Positions 1-11,099 of a stretch of 64,000 nucleotides of DNA are shown here, piece by piece. The notes beneath the pieces are model-generated. The model did not search any database. It had not been told where the DNA came from and worked only from the letters and a program-made list of their open reading frames with translations. Position 1 is the first letter of the stretch. Each line of letters begins with the position of its first letter. Position numbers and translations under genes: made by a program. Source of the stretch: Octopus sinensis. Lineage: Eukaryota. The stretch covers positions 77,128,001 to 77,192,000 of the forward strand of contig NC_043003.1 of NCBI RefSeq assembly GCF_006345805.1, in the 5' to 3' direction.

Positions 1-1209
1 TAACTTGCGGCCATCCTCAAGATGTACGTGGGTGGGGATTTTCTTTATGTCCTCTTGACTTATGTGGAAGAGGAACTCTATTCTCTTTCCCAGCCAGTCC
101 TTGTTTTCCGAAACACCGATATCTAGGATGTTTAAGTCCTCCATTTCGGATGTTAAGGCGGATGTTATCCACAGTGTTGTAGTCACTTGGGGGACACCAC
201 TGATAATGACTTTCGTCACCTTCTTGCCCAGGCAACTCGGTGTCAACGTTAGTTCATCAGAATGAAGGGTTATCGTTGAGAATTTCTTCGCCAACTCTTC
301 ATTCTGAAAAACCACCTGTACGTGTGCGAACTTGTTCGCCCAAGTCACACAATCCTTGTATCCTTGTAAGCACTTTTCGACTTTGTCTGTGCTTGCCTTT
401 TCTGGACTTTTAGTTTTTTTATTTGTGATTTTATATACAATTTTATATACAATTGTCTTTTTTTTCTCCTCATTCAGTATGTGCTGAGGTATGTGTAAGA
501 GTATTTTCCCGTTTTGATTTGTAATAAGGTTTCTGCAATCTTTAATCTGTTGTGTAGTAAACGAAACTTTTGTTACCTTTTCTTTTATCGCCTCGGCGAA
601 GTTTGTTGTTGTTTTGTTATTGTTGTTACTGCCGGTGGTGTTGGTGTTGATGGCAGGGTTGTGGGTTGTAGGTTTGTGGTTGCTGATTATGCAACTAGCA
701 AGGGGTGGGAAATTGCCTGCGTAATTTAGTCCTGCATTAGCGCAAATTTCGGCATTTCGTTTGCTTGTCGTCGTTATTTTTTCACTTGTTGGTGATGGAG
801 TGAGCAGTGGTTGAAGGGAATTGTTGTTGTCGTCGTCGTTGTTGTTGTTGTTGTTGTTATTGTCGTTCTTGGTGACGGCGGTGGTGTTAGTAGTATTAGT
901 AGCATTGACGGCACGGTCTTTGGTGGCGGTGATGGTGGTGTTGGTATTGTTATTGGTGGCGATGTCTTTAGTAGGGATAGTAGTTTTAGTAGCAGATTCT
1001 GCCATGGTGTTGTTGTCGGTGTTGGTGGTGGACTTACTGATGGTGTTGACGGTGCTTGGCCTTGCGACCTTTGTTTTGTATTTGTTGCTGTTGTCGATGT
1101 TGATGGTGGTGGAGTTGTCAGGTTCAGCGTATGCTAACAGAGCATCCTGTTTTTCTGCCTCTGCGTCACGCTTGACTTGCACCTCAGCCTCGTGGTGACC
1201 AGTGGCCAT
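1..1209 (-). CDS. LINE (L1/Tx1-like) ORF1 protein, 5' part intact, open off the left window edge (403 codons, no stop)
   Basis: Manual translation from ATG at 1209 (context AAAATGG) to base 1 has no stop: MATGHHEAEVQVKRD..., a T/N-rich low-complexity N-terminus, then FAEAIKEK...KTIVYK...EKCLQG...KFAHVQVVFQNEELAKKFSTITLHSDELTLTPSCLGKKVTKVIISGVP...IPTHVHLEDGRKL. The C-terminal half resembles the RRM-type region of non-LTR ORF1p (family assignment is inference). Absent from the ORF track, probably because it has no stop in the window. Confidence 0.72.
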   Translation of the reverse strand, partial: MATGHHEAEVQVKRDAEAEKQDALLAYAEPDNSTTINIDNSNKYKTKVARPSTVNTISKSTTNTDNNTMAESATKTTIPTKDIATNNNTNTTITATKDRAVNATNTTNTTAVTKNDNNNNNNNNDDDNNNSLQPLLTPSPTSEKITTTSKRNAEICANAGLNYAGNFPPLASCIISNHKPTTHNPAINTNTTGSNNNNKTTTNFAEAIKEKVTKVSFTTQQIKDCRNLITNQNGKILLHIPQHILNEEKKKTIVYKIVYKITNKKTKSPEKASTDKVEKCLQGYKDCVTWANKFAHVQVVFQNEELAKKFSTITLHSDELTLTPSCLGKKVTKVIISGVPQVTTTLWITSALTSEMEDLNILDIGVSENKDWLGKRIEFLFHISQEDIKKIPTHVHLEDGRKL

Positions 1210-1431
1210 TTTGGAAATAAAATGGCTAAATGAAACCACGAAGGCTATGAGAATTTTTTCTTTTAAATTTTGCCCACAAGGGGCAAAATTTTGTGTCGAT
1301 ATTTATCAAAGGTTTACAGTGGATGTTGTTGCACAACTTTTAAGCACAAAATATTTGTCAATATACACTTTTGAACGTACAAAAATACCAACTTACGTGG
1401 AGCCCATTTGACTTGCGTCTGTCTGTCTGTC

Positions 1432-1735
<304 letters not shown>

Positions 1736-2169
1736 TATGTAAATCCTCAATTATGTAATGAACTTACTTGCGTGAACAAAATAAAGCGACTAAGAAAAAT
1801 TTGTCTACATTGTTGCCACTTATGAAAAAGAGATGGGAATCTTGCACCAGTTATGAAATTGAATTTGTATAATGACCATTAGGACATACGATGACCTTTG
1901 GGACATACAACAACTTTTGGGACATATGGTCGTTTCAGGTTAGAAGCAAGGTATATATGTATTTCAGCAATACCAAAAAGGTTAACGAATGCATAATAGT
2001 AATATCAATAGTTGTATGTACACACTATATGTATGTGGGTGCTTTCCCCACTAATTCACCCATCCATCTAACTCCTCCTCTCACTATTCCTTGGAAGGCT
2101 GTAGCGGTGAAGTCCTCACGGTCCTATAACAAGCAACAGTCATTACAACTTTTCGACTGATTCCCAAGC

Positions 2170-2400
2170 ATGACTTACCTGAGACTATGCACATTATCCA
2201 AACATCTCATTCTTTGTCTACCCCTAAGTTGACGCGACTTCAGGAATCCATCCGGCGTCTCTTTCCGGCAGTATTCTTATCACATGTCTGTACTATCAAA
2301 ACTATGACCTTTCAATGCAGAGAGGTAGCGGCTTGACCCGGAGAGATTCCCTGATCCCTGCGCTATGCAACCTGTCGAGTAACGTTACGCCAGAAAGCCT
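2170..2400 (-). mobile_element. RTE-clade LINE 3' ORF fragment (degenerate)
   Basis: Minus strand reads VTLLDRLHSAGIRESLRVKPLPLCIERS*F**YRHVIRILPER...RGRQRMRCLDNV, matching the RTE C-terminal pattern (V.LRDR.RS..IRE.L.VEPL...IERSQLRW.GHV.R...RGRPR.RW.D). Confidence 0.65.
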
Positions 2401-2499
2401 TCGGAGAAAATCCAAATTTTTCTAATAGTAAATATGTTACCTTCTAATGTTGTTTAATTCGGAAACTGACATTTTCTTACCCTCTTTTAACCTCGCCAG

Positions 2500-3620
2500 A
2501 ATTAGTGAAACATTGAATTGTAAGATATCGAAATATTTACTGTAAAGGGGTTTTTATTCCATATGCTCAAAGAATTTCTTGTCTTTACTGGTGAAAAATT
2601 CCACCCGATGAATTTTTACATGCTCTTCAGACTTGTCCATTCAATGATTTTTTTTAGAAACCAATAATACAGGTAAACATATGTAGGCGCAAGTTCGGGG
2701 CACTATGCGACAAAACTTCTCTGGAATGCCCTAGTACTTTCTGCTGTGCCTGTGAAGGAGTGAGCGGTTTGGCATTGACATGATAAAGGACAATACTCTA
2801 ATGATTAGTAAGTGCTGGACGCTTTGGTTACATTACTGCATTTAATTTGTCCAGCTAGTCACAGTACATATCCGAATTAATGATCTCATTCGTGGGAAGA
2901 AGCTCTTGAATGACAACACCCTTTCAATTCCACCAAATTGAAAGTATAACCTTCTTCAGAGGAGGTCCTGCTTTAGATGTTGTTTTCAATGTTTCGCCGT
3001 GTTTCTCTTATGATAGTCCATGCTTCGCATTGTTACAAACGATCCATTTTTACGTCCTCTGTCACCATTCTCTTTTCTTCACATTTTTGCAACGAATCGC
3101 AGGTGCAAATCCGTTGAAAGAGGTTAACCACAGTCTACTTATGTGGGACCCAAACATCGAACCTGTTGATATAACCAAGTTGATGCCGATGATTTTCAGC
3201 TCTCGATTTGGATATCTGGAGAATATCTGCGATCCTCCTGGCTGTGTGACGAGGGTTGATGTAAACTAACTCTTTCGTCGTGTTGCTGTTAATTTCAGTT
3301 GGCCGGCCAGAGCGAAGACCGAAAAATTTCCCGATCAAGATCTTGGAATTACTTCTGGTATGTACATTCCGTAACAGCATTCTCCCTGTACACAGCGCAT
3401 ATATTCCTGTAGGTTTTTGCCTCTTTCTTGCCTTGGAATAAAAAAGCATCAGGCGCGGATAATGTTCCTTTTGGCTCTCCCTTTTCAGGATGATCCCGAG
3501 CATACAAAATACAATCTGTCTAGTCGCCCTTTCACGTAGAATTCCGTTGAAGTTAAAATATCTAACGCGTACGCATGCGCAAGGGACAGACTGAAGTAAG
3601 CTACTTATTAGAAAATAGCA
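2500..3620 (-). mobile_element. mariner (DD34D) transposon, decayed transposase
   Basis: ORF 3135-3503 has QKEH..LMLFY, RSGRP and HQLGY..RFDVWVPHK (WVPHEL motif); downstream frames give C..CDSL and CPELAPTYVYLY (YSPDLAPSDY-like); stops and frameshifts present. Confidence 0.8.
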
Positions 3621-3690
3621 TTATCGCAGAGTTGTTATTGACCTGAATTACTATTTACAAGACTAATCATTCCTTTGAAGCACCGGATAT

Positions 3691-3811
3691 ATCATCTGCA
3701 TCAACTTGGTTATATCAGCAGGTTCAATATTTGGGTCCCACATAAGTAGACTGCGGCTAACCTCTCTCAACGGATTTGCATCTGCGATTCGTTGCAGAAA
3801 AGCGAAGAAAA
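3691..3811 (+). mobile_element. mariner fragment, inverted copy of 3074-3195
   Basis: Reads HLHQLGYISRFNIWVPHK*TAANLSQRICICDSLQK; about 9 substitutions in ~113 nt against the reverse complement of 3083-3195. Confidence 0.8.
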
Positions 3812-3814
3812 TAG

Positions 3815-4450
3815 CTGATGCACAAAAAAGAATAGCGTTGCAGGTAAAAGAGCAAGATGTGCATAAAATAATGAGAGATGCAGCAGTAGGAACAACCGAT
3901 TAACACTCTGCAGAATTACTTCATAAACAGCGATCTAAAAAGTGACATTACCACACTATCTACCGATAAGCATGTTATGGTGGCCAAAATGCTATACATA
4001 GCAATTTGTAATATAAAAAAAATAAGTGAGCAACACATACGAAGTTACCATTATGCAGAGGAGGTCATTATGACACATGATATGAAAGAATACTGGTGGA
4101 AATGTTCCGATCAAATACTTTGTAAGCTCGACAGACCAGACATAGTGATCTGGAATCGAGATAAGAAAGTTGAAAGAATCAGTTGTTCAACTGACGTTAG
4201 CATAATGTTACAGATTACAAAAATAGAAAGCTTTTATGGTGAACAAATGAGAAATCGGAAATTACTCTACTCGGATTATAAATTTATCGCGAGATTTACT
4301 CAGCTCGTAGTTTTGTAACTAACATCTCGGTATAAATCTTGAGAAGCTGCGCTTTACAACACCAAAAACAACAGAGCTGGTTAGGAAATTATAATTATAA
4401 GACATCAATAGAACTGTGAAAATGTGTAAAGTATTTCAGAAGTTTGACGT
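3815..4450 (+). mobile_element. R4/Dong-clade non-LTR retrotransposon C-terminal fragment (copy a)
   Basis: ALQVKEQD..., MVAKMLY, KEYWW, DRPDIVIWNRDKK, ending GTVKMCKVFQKF: degenerate restriction-like endonuclease (RLE) domain. Confidence 0.75.
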
Positions 4451-4574
4451 GTAGTATATACGCATACATGTGTTGACATGCAAATATATATGCATATTAA
4501 TACATAAGAGCGCAGATACATATATATACATACTTACATGCATACATACAACGTGCATAAATACATAAATACGT

Positions 4575-4601
4575 ACGTACATACATACATACATACATAC
4601 A

Positions 4602-4635
<34 letters not shown>

Positions 4636-4680
4636 CATACATACGTTCGTGCGTACGTACAAACGTACATACATACATAT
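4575..4680 (+). repeat. (CATA)n microsatellite, 5' flank of Dong copy b
   Basis: Tandem ACAT units. Confidence 0.95.
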
Positions 4681-5672
4681 ATCAAACGAAAGGATGACTA
4701 TGCATGGATATGTTAGAAAGCTCCGAGATAATCGTAACATTGATCATCACAGCAGTCAATCATGGATTAATAACCGGATTACTACCTCTCACTTTGAAGG
4801 GTATGCGCTTGCAATCCAGGAACAGGAAATATCAACCGAATACCTAATGCACAAAAGGGATAGAGATGCGGGAAAAGCGGTGAAATATGACAATCGATGC
4901 AGACTTGGTGGAGTTAACACCGAAGATATCACCCACATCATAGGCAGTTGTCTGAAAATGCCATCACGGTATTATGTACCGATGAGACAAGATGCTGTAG
5001 CTAGGACATTATATAATGAAATCCGTCGGAAGGGTAACCCCGAGGACAAAGAAATAAGAACCCACAATATGGTAGAAGCCATAGCCACTGATAATAAAAA
5101 GGAGTACTGGTGGGATGTCCCAGTGAGAATCTCAATAAAATGTAAGCACAACAGACCCGATATAATGAGTGGGGATGGAAAAGAGAAAATGTGTACAGTT
5201 GTGGAAACTAACTGCCCCTGGATGATAATATAAAGCTGACGATCAATGAAAAAGAGAATACCTATGCTCAACGATTGAGAAATCTGCAGTTACTCTAACG
5301 AGATTACAAGTTCAAGATTATACCTGTAATTATTGGGGACCTGCCTAAATATACCAATCTTGAGAAATAAGGCTTTTCAAAACTAGGAAGGGGAAAGCCG
5401 ACTCGAAGACCACAAATCCAATTTACCAGTGGAACTGTACAATTCTGTCAAATTTTCCAGAAGTTTATCATTTAAGATATATGAGCATGTCTATATATGC
5501 AAGTATATGCATGAAAAGACATACATAAAACAAAGTATACAAATCTGCACATATACATACATGCATGCAAAAATACCCTATTGTTGATGTTGAAATTCCG
5601 ATGAAGGAGCCTTAGATCTAGGTTAGAAACCGGCTCTTTCTCTATTGGCAAAAAAGCTTGAAATAAACTGAA
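4681..5672 (+). mobile_element. R4/Dong-clade 5'-truncated copy b with complete 3' UTR
   Basis: HGYVR...FEGYALAIQEQEISTEYL...CRLGGVNTEDITHIIGSC (CCHC knuckle, second C mutated), MRQDAVAR (RHD motif), KEYWWD...NRPDI...ETNCP (RLE); 3' UTR ends GAAATAAACTGAATGACATACATAC. Confidence 0.88.
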
Positions 5673-5689
5673 TGACATACATACATACA

Positions 5690-5721
<32 letters not shown>

Positions 5722-5723
<2 letters not shown>

Positions 5724-6055
5724 ATTAGGCTTCTCAAAACCAGAAAGGAGAAAGTTAATTTGAAGACAAGGGATCCAAGCCATCACTGGAACAGTAGAAA
5801 TCTTTTAAAACATACAAAAGTTTAGCATTTAAGTATATAAGAGCATGTCTATACATGCAACTATATGCATGAGAATATATACATTAAACGAAACATACAA
5901 ATATGCTCATACACTGACTCCAAATACTGCACACATACACACATACATACAAAAATACCCTTTTGATCAAATTCGAATGAAAGGAGCCTTGGATCTTGGT
6001 TAGAAACCGACTCTTTTTCTATTGGTAAGAAATTTAGAAATAAAATAGCATAATG
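5722..6055 (+). mobile_element. R4/Dong 3'-end copy c
   Basis: LGFSKPERRKLI...IQAITGTVEI (ORF end) plus the same 3' UTR block (AAATACCC...GGAGCCTT..GTTAGAAACCG.CTCTTT.TCTATTGG...AAATAAA); (CATA)n on both sides. Confidence 0.8.
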
Positions 6056-6391
6056 ACATACATGCATACATTACATACATACATACACACATACATACAT
6101 ACATACATACAATCATACATACATACATATATACATACATACATGCATGCATACATACATACATACATACATACATACACACATACATACATACACACAT
6201 ACATACACACATACATAGATACATACATACATACATACATACATACATACATACACACATACATACATACACACATACATACATACACACATACATACAT
6301 ACATACATACATACACACATACATACATACACACATACATACACACATACATACATACATACATACATACATACATACATACATACATACA

Positions 6392-6423
<32 letters not shown>

Positions 6424-6448
6424 CATACATACATACATACATACATAC
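6056..6448 (+). repeat. long (CATA)n/(CACA) microsatellite
   Basis: Tandem ACAT units with ACAC variants. Confidence 0.97.
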
Positions 6449-6847
6449 TGGAAGTCATCTCATGGATGAATAAGACTAATTCTTAAATTCAGCAAATCCG
6501 TGCAAACGTTACTAGCAAGAACGTGAACTTGTTTTGAGTAGAGAAACGCACTGTCGACAAAAGGAAGTGTAACGCCGGTGGCACAACAGCACTTGAAAAG
6601 ACTAGAAACCAACTGCTCTTCAGCATATTATTTTACAATTTTATCTTCTTCAAGAAGAAAATTCTAACTAGAACAGTGGTTCACATGCTAGTTAGCCCGT
6701 TGCTGGTGCTGTTACAACTCCACGTCTGAGGAGAGCTGAGAGGAATAGTAGCTTTTAGCTACTTCTCCATTTTTCAAAATCCTGGAACTCTTGTAGTAGA
6801 GCCCCACTAACGAGTGCATTTTCAAGTCATACCCAAGACAGCATACA

Positions 6848-6883
<36 letters not shown>

Positions 6884-6885
6884 TC

Positions 6886-7535
6886 ATCATCAGCTGCCAT
6901 GAAATGTCTACGAGAGAGTACCTGCCCCTGAGGCATGATATAGTTGCAAAGACTATTTACACTGCTGTACGTAGCAAGGACTGCCCTGACGTATACATGA
7001 AAGGCATGTCAGAGCCAACAGATATTCACACCTTTAAAAACAAGGAATACTGGTGAAACACTTCTATAAAAACATCAGTTCGGTGCAAATATAACCGACC
7101 TGATAAAGTACAGTGAAACAGAGCGAAAGCAATGTCCTGTTGTAACTATCGGCTGCCCAACGGATGTCAGTGTACAATGATAAGTCCAGTAATTAATGCG
7201 GAACTTACAGCTCTTTTACCCAGACTATGAATTATCATTTCTATTATCATATTTTCACAAAAACATAGAAATACTCGGTTTCACGGAGAAAGTGCAAAAG
7301 AAACTGACGTGGGTCCTCCAAATCCAATCTATAAGTAGCAAGTGAAGATTTGTAAGACATTCCAAAAATTCTCCATCTGAGATCCTTATGTAAATAGATG
7401 TGTGTATGCAACGACAGTTCTAGTAACACACCAATTCAGGTACATATTTATAAACACCAGGAACTCACTTACTTGTTAGCGACCGGCTTGAACTCTCTCA
7501 AGAAGAACTGAAGGAAAGCTCAAAGAAAATTCATG
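6886..7535 (+). mobile_element. R4/Dong 5'-truncated copy d (second subfamily, different 3' UTR)
   Basis: ISCHEMSTREYLPLRHDIVAKTIY...KEYW*NTSIKTSVRCKYNRPD: intact RHD motif and RLE; flanked by (CATA)n at 6841-6880 and 7560-7662. Confidence 0.82.
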
Positions 7536-7599
7536 CATGCATGTATATCCGTCCATAAATGCACACATACATACATACATACATACATACATACATACA

Positions 7600-7633
<34 letters not shown>

Positions 7634-7662
7634 CATACATACATACATACAAACATACATAC

Positions 7663-7790
7663 ATTGGATACCTAGATGAGGAAAGCAAATTCAAATGTAA
7701 AATCATTGTTTCTGGAACGGAGACTGGCTCTTTCACCTGGAGAGAGAAATTTGAAAAAACAAAATCACAAAACTCGTGACATACATTGTG
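7663..7790 (+). mobile_element. probable R4/Dong 3'-terminal fragment e
   Basis: GAGACTGGCTCTTTCACCTGG...GAAAAAACAAAAT resembles the terminal block of copies b and c and ends TGACATACAT. Confidence 0.4.
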
Positions 7791-7869
7791 AATATTTAGA
7801 TATAATTTACGTAACTCTCTCAGTGAGTTAGAAACGCTTATATACATACTTATGGTCAGGTATTCATAC

Positions 7870-8090
7870 ATGTGTATGTATGTATGTATTATGTATGTAT
7901 GTATGTATGTATGTATGTATGTATGTATGTATGTATATATGTATGTATGTGTGTATGTATGTATGTATGTATGTATCTATGTATGTATGTGTGTATGTAT
8001 GTATGTATGTATGTATCTATGTATGTATGTGTGTATGTATGTATGTATGTATGTGTGTATGTATGTGTGTATGTGTGTGTACATACATAC
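7870..8090 (+). repeat. (TATG)n microsatellite
   Basis: Tandem TATG units. Confidence 0.97.
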
Positions 8091-8234
8091 GTAATCATTT
8101 AGTTGAAAGAAAACGAGAAGCAAAACAGAAAACTTTAAAATACGAGCTAAAAATATTTAACTTGTAAAAAAATAATTGACTTCTATAAAAGAAATCGAAA
8201 AACCGAGGTACATGAAACTACACCAGGGAAAAGA

Positions 8235-8369
8235 GGAGGAAGAAGAAGAAGAAGAAGAAGAAGAAGAAGAAGAAGAAGAAGAAGAAGAAGAAGAAGAAGA
8301 AGAAGAAGAAGAAGAAGAAGAAGAAGAAGAAGGACAACAACAACAATAACAACAAAAACAACAACAAAC

Positions 8370-8400
<31 letters not shown>

Positions 8401-8420
8401 TAATAATAATAATAATATAA
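8235..8420 (+). repeat. compound (GAA)n-(CAA)n-(AAT)n trinucleotide repeat
   Basis: About 30 GAA units followed by CAA and AAT runs. Confidence 0.97.
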
Positions 8421-9189
8421 CTTGCAACAAGTTTTAAAGAAATCAAATTATCCAAGCAAAAGAAGAATCCCGTGAAATATTGGAGAAAATCAGACGACAT
8501 GCAAGAGTGGTGCATGGTATTATGGGTATAATGATTAATGTCTCGTTAGAGAATGGGGCGATTCCGTAATGAACGGATGACATGAGATGAAAAGAAAGAA
8601 AAATCAGGGGAGAAATTTTCTCTGATTTATTAGTATGTTGGTATTTTTAAATGATTAATGTTTTTTCATTCTTTCTCCATACCGACCCAAACATTTTTTT
8701 GTTTTTTTGTCTTTGGTTGTTTTAATTTTTGCTTTTGTTTCTTTTCAATTTTCCCCCTTCTCTTTGATTTATTATTATTTTAACTTTTTTCGGTCTAATT
8801 TTATTATTTTCTGATATTTTTCTTACTCCCGAAACAAATATTAAATCTCGTTCAAACGTTTCTTATTTAACGCAACACATTTGGATACATGCAGACGATA
8901 CCGGTGATGATGATAAAGGAAAGAGACTGTTTTCTTATAATGTCGCTATATTTACAGTATCTCACATTTTTGTTGTTGTTGTTGTTGTTGTTGTTGCTGG
9001 CATTTCTCATTTTATTTATTCTTTTCGTTTTTTCCTTCGTTTCTATTTTCACGTAATATCTTACTGTTTTCTTATATTAATCTGGCCCTCTCACTCTCTC
9101 TCTCTCTCTCCCTCTCTCTTTCTGTCTCTCTTTCTTTCTGCATATCTATATATCTCTTTTCTCCCCCTCTCTCTCTCAATCTTTCTCTC

Positions 9190-9427
9190 ACTCTGTGTCT
9201 GTGTATTTGTTATATGTGTGTGTATACCTACAAACATATATCATATATATACATACATATATAGATAGATGGATGTATATATATATATATATATATATAT
9301 AGATGTATATATATATTATAGATGTATATATATATATACACACACACTTCTCTGTATATGTATATAATATGTATATATATATATATATATGTATATAATA
9401 TGTAAATATATGTATATATATACACAT

Positions 9428-9473
<46 letters not shown>

Positions 9474-9618
9474 TATATATATATACATATACATTCATAT
9501 ATTTTCATACATATAAATATGTATATATATATATTATATATAAATATATATATGCCTATATACATACATGTATATCCACACACGCACAATGATATATGTG
9601 TATAGGCATGTATATATG

Positions 9619-9710
<92 letters not shown>

Positions 9711-9829
9711 TACACACACACAACAAATACGAGTGGGTATATGTGCATGTGTGTATTTTCCCGAAAGTGTACATACGTGTGCGTGTGTGCGCGCGCACAC
9801 ACACACATTGAGAGATCTGCCCTCGCACA

Positions 9830-9873
<44 letters not shown>

Positions 9874-9970
9874 GAGACCTGCCCTCGCACACTCACACAC
9901 ACACACACACATTGAGAGATCTGCCCTCGCACTCTCACACATACACACACATACACACTTACAAACACAC
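9190..9970. repeat. mixed (TA)n/(TG)n/(GATA)n/(CA)n block with a 3-copy 20-bp unit
   Basis: Visible microsatellites; ATTGAGAGA(T/C)CTGCCCTCGC at 9807, 9869 and 9911. Confidence 0.92.
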
Positions 9971-10569
9971 ACATAAGTTTGCTTTACATCTCTGCACATT
10001 GTACTTATTCTCTTTCCCATTTTCAAAGTTTATATTTTTCTCTCTCTTGCTCTTCCCTTCTCATTCTCTTACTCTTTTCTTCATCTTATCTATCTATCTA
10101 TATATTTGTTCGAGCGCATGCTTGTATACGTATATACATACGTATGTATGTGCGTGCGCCTGTGCACGCAAGCATATGTTCAGAGCTAAGTAAAAACATA
10201 TTTACTTATATATATGCACATATATACACATATACACATATATGCATATATATATTATATATATATATATACACACACATAGTAACACACACATATATAT
10301 AAGTACATATATTTATATACACATACAAAACACCCGTGTGTGTGTTTGTGAGTGCGTGTGTCTGTGTGTATGGGTGTCTGTGCAATTTCACGAAAATATA
10401 CATGTCAACATATACGATGCACACAATTCACACGCACACATTTGCACACGCACAGGCGCACTTAGTTCATTCTCTGCATCTGTCTTTTCATTGCTATCCA
10501 TTCTCTCCCCCACTTTCAATGCTTTACATTCTTATAGAGAGAAACGCATTAGATATAAACAGACAATTA

Positions 10570-10686
10570 AGATAGAGAGAGGGGGGAGAGAGAAAGAGGG
10601 AGAGAAGAGTGAGTGGTGGTGAGATAGAATGGTAGTGAAACAGATAGATAGATAGAGAGAGAGAGAGAGAGTGAGAGAGAGAGAGG

Positions 10687-10753
<67 letters not shown>

Positions 10754-10813
10754 GCAAACAGAGACAGACAGATAGACAGACAGACAGACAGATAGACAGA
10801 CAGACAGACAGAC

Positions 10814-10854
<41 letters not shown>

Positions 10855-10855
10855 T

Positions 10856-10919
<64 letters not shown>

Positions 10920-10995
10920 CGAGAAATATATGGTTATAGAGAGAGGGAGAGAGAGAGAGGGAAAGAGAGATAGAGAGACAGTGACAGACAAAGAG
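10570..10995 (+). repeat. (GA)n/(GATA)n/(GACA)n purine-rich block
   Basis: Visible tandem units. Confidence 0.95.
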
Positions 10996-11099
10996 AAATT
11001 GATAGACAGACAATTGAACAGAATGAGAGAGCTTACTCTCTTTGGAATAAGAAAGAAAAAGAGAGAGTGATCCCCCCACCTTCCATCTATATCTACCAC

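Noticed and set aside
811-1198. Plus-strand V/L-rich ORFs (108 and 125 aa) resembling membrane proteins
   Set aside because: They are the antisense shadow of the T/N-rich part of the minus-strand ORF1.
2174-2181. Perfect minus-strand donor CAG|GTAAGT
   Set aside because: Lies at the end of a decayed RTE fragment; no supported acceptor or exon.
9807-9930. Repeat-spacer pattern resembling a CRISPR array
   Set aside because: Spacers are just (CA)n, the context is eukaryotic, and there are no cas genes.
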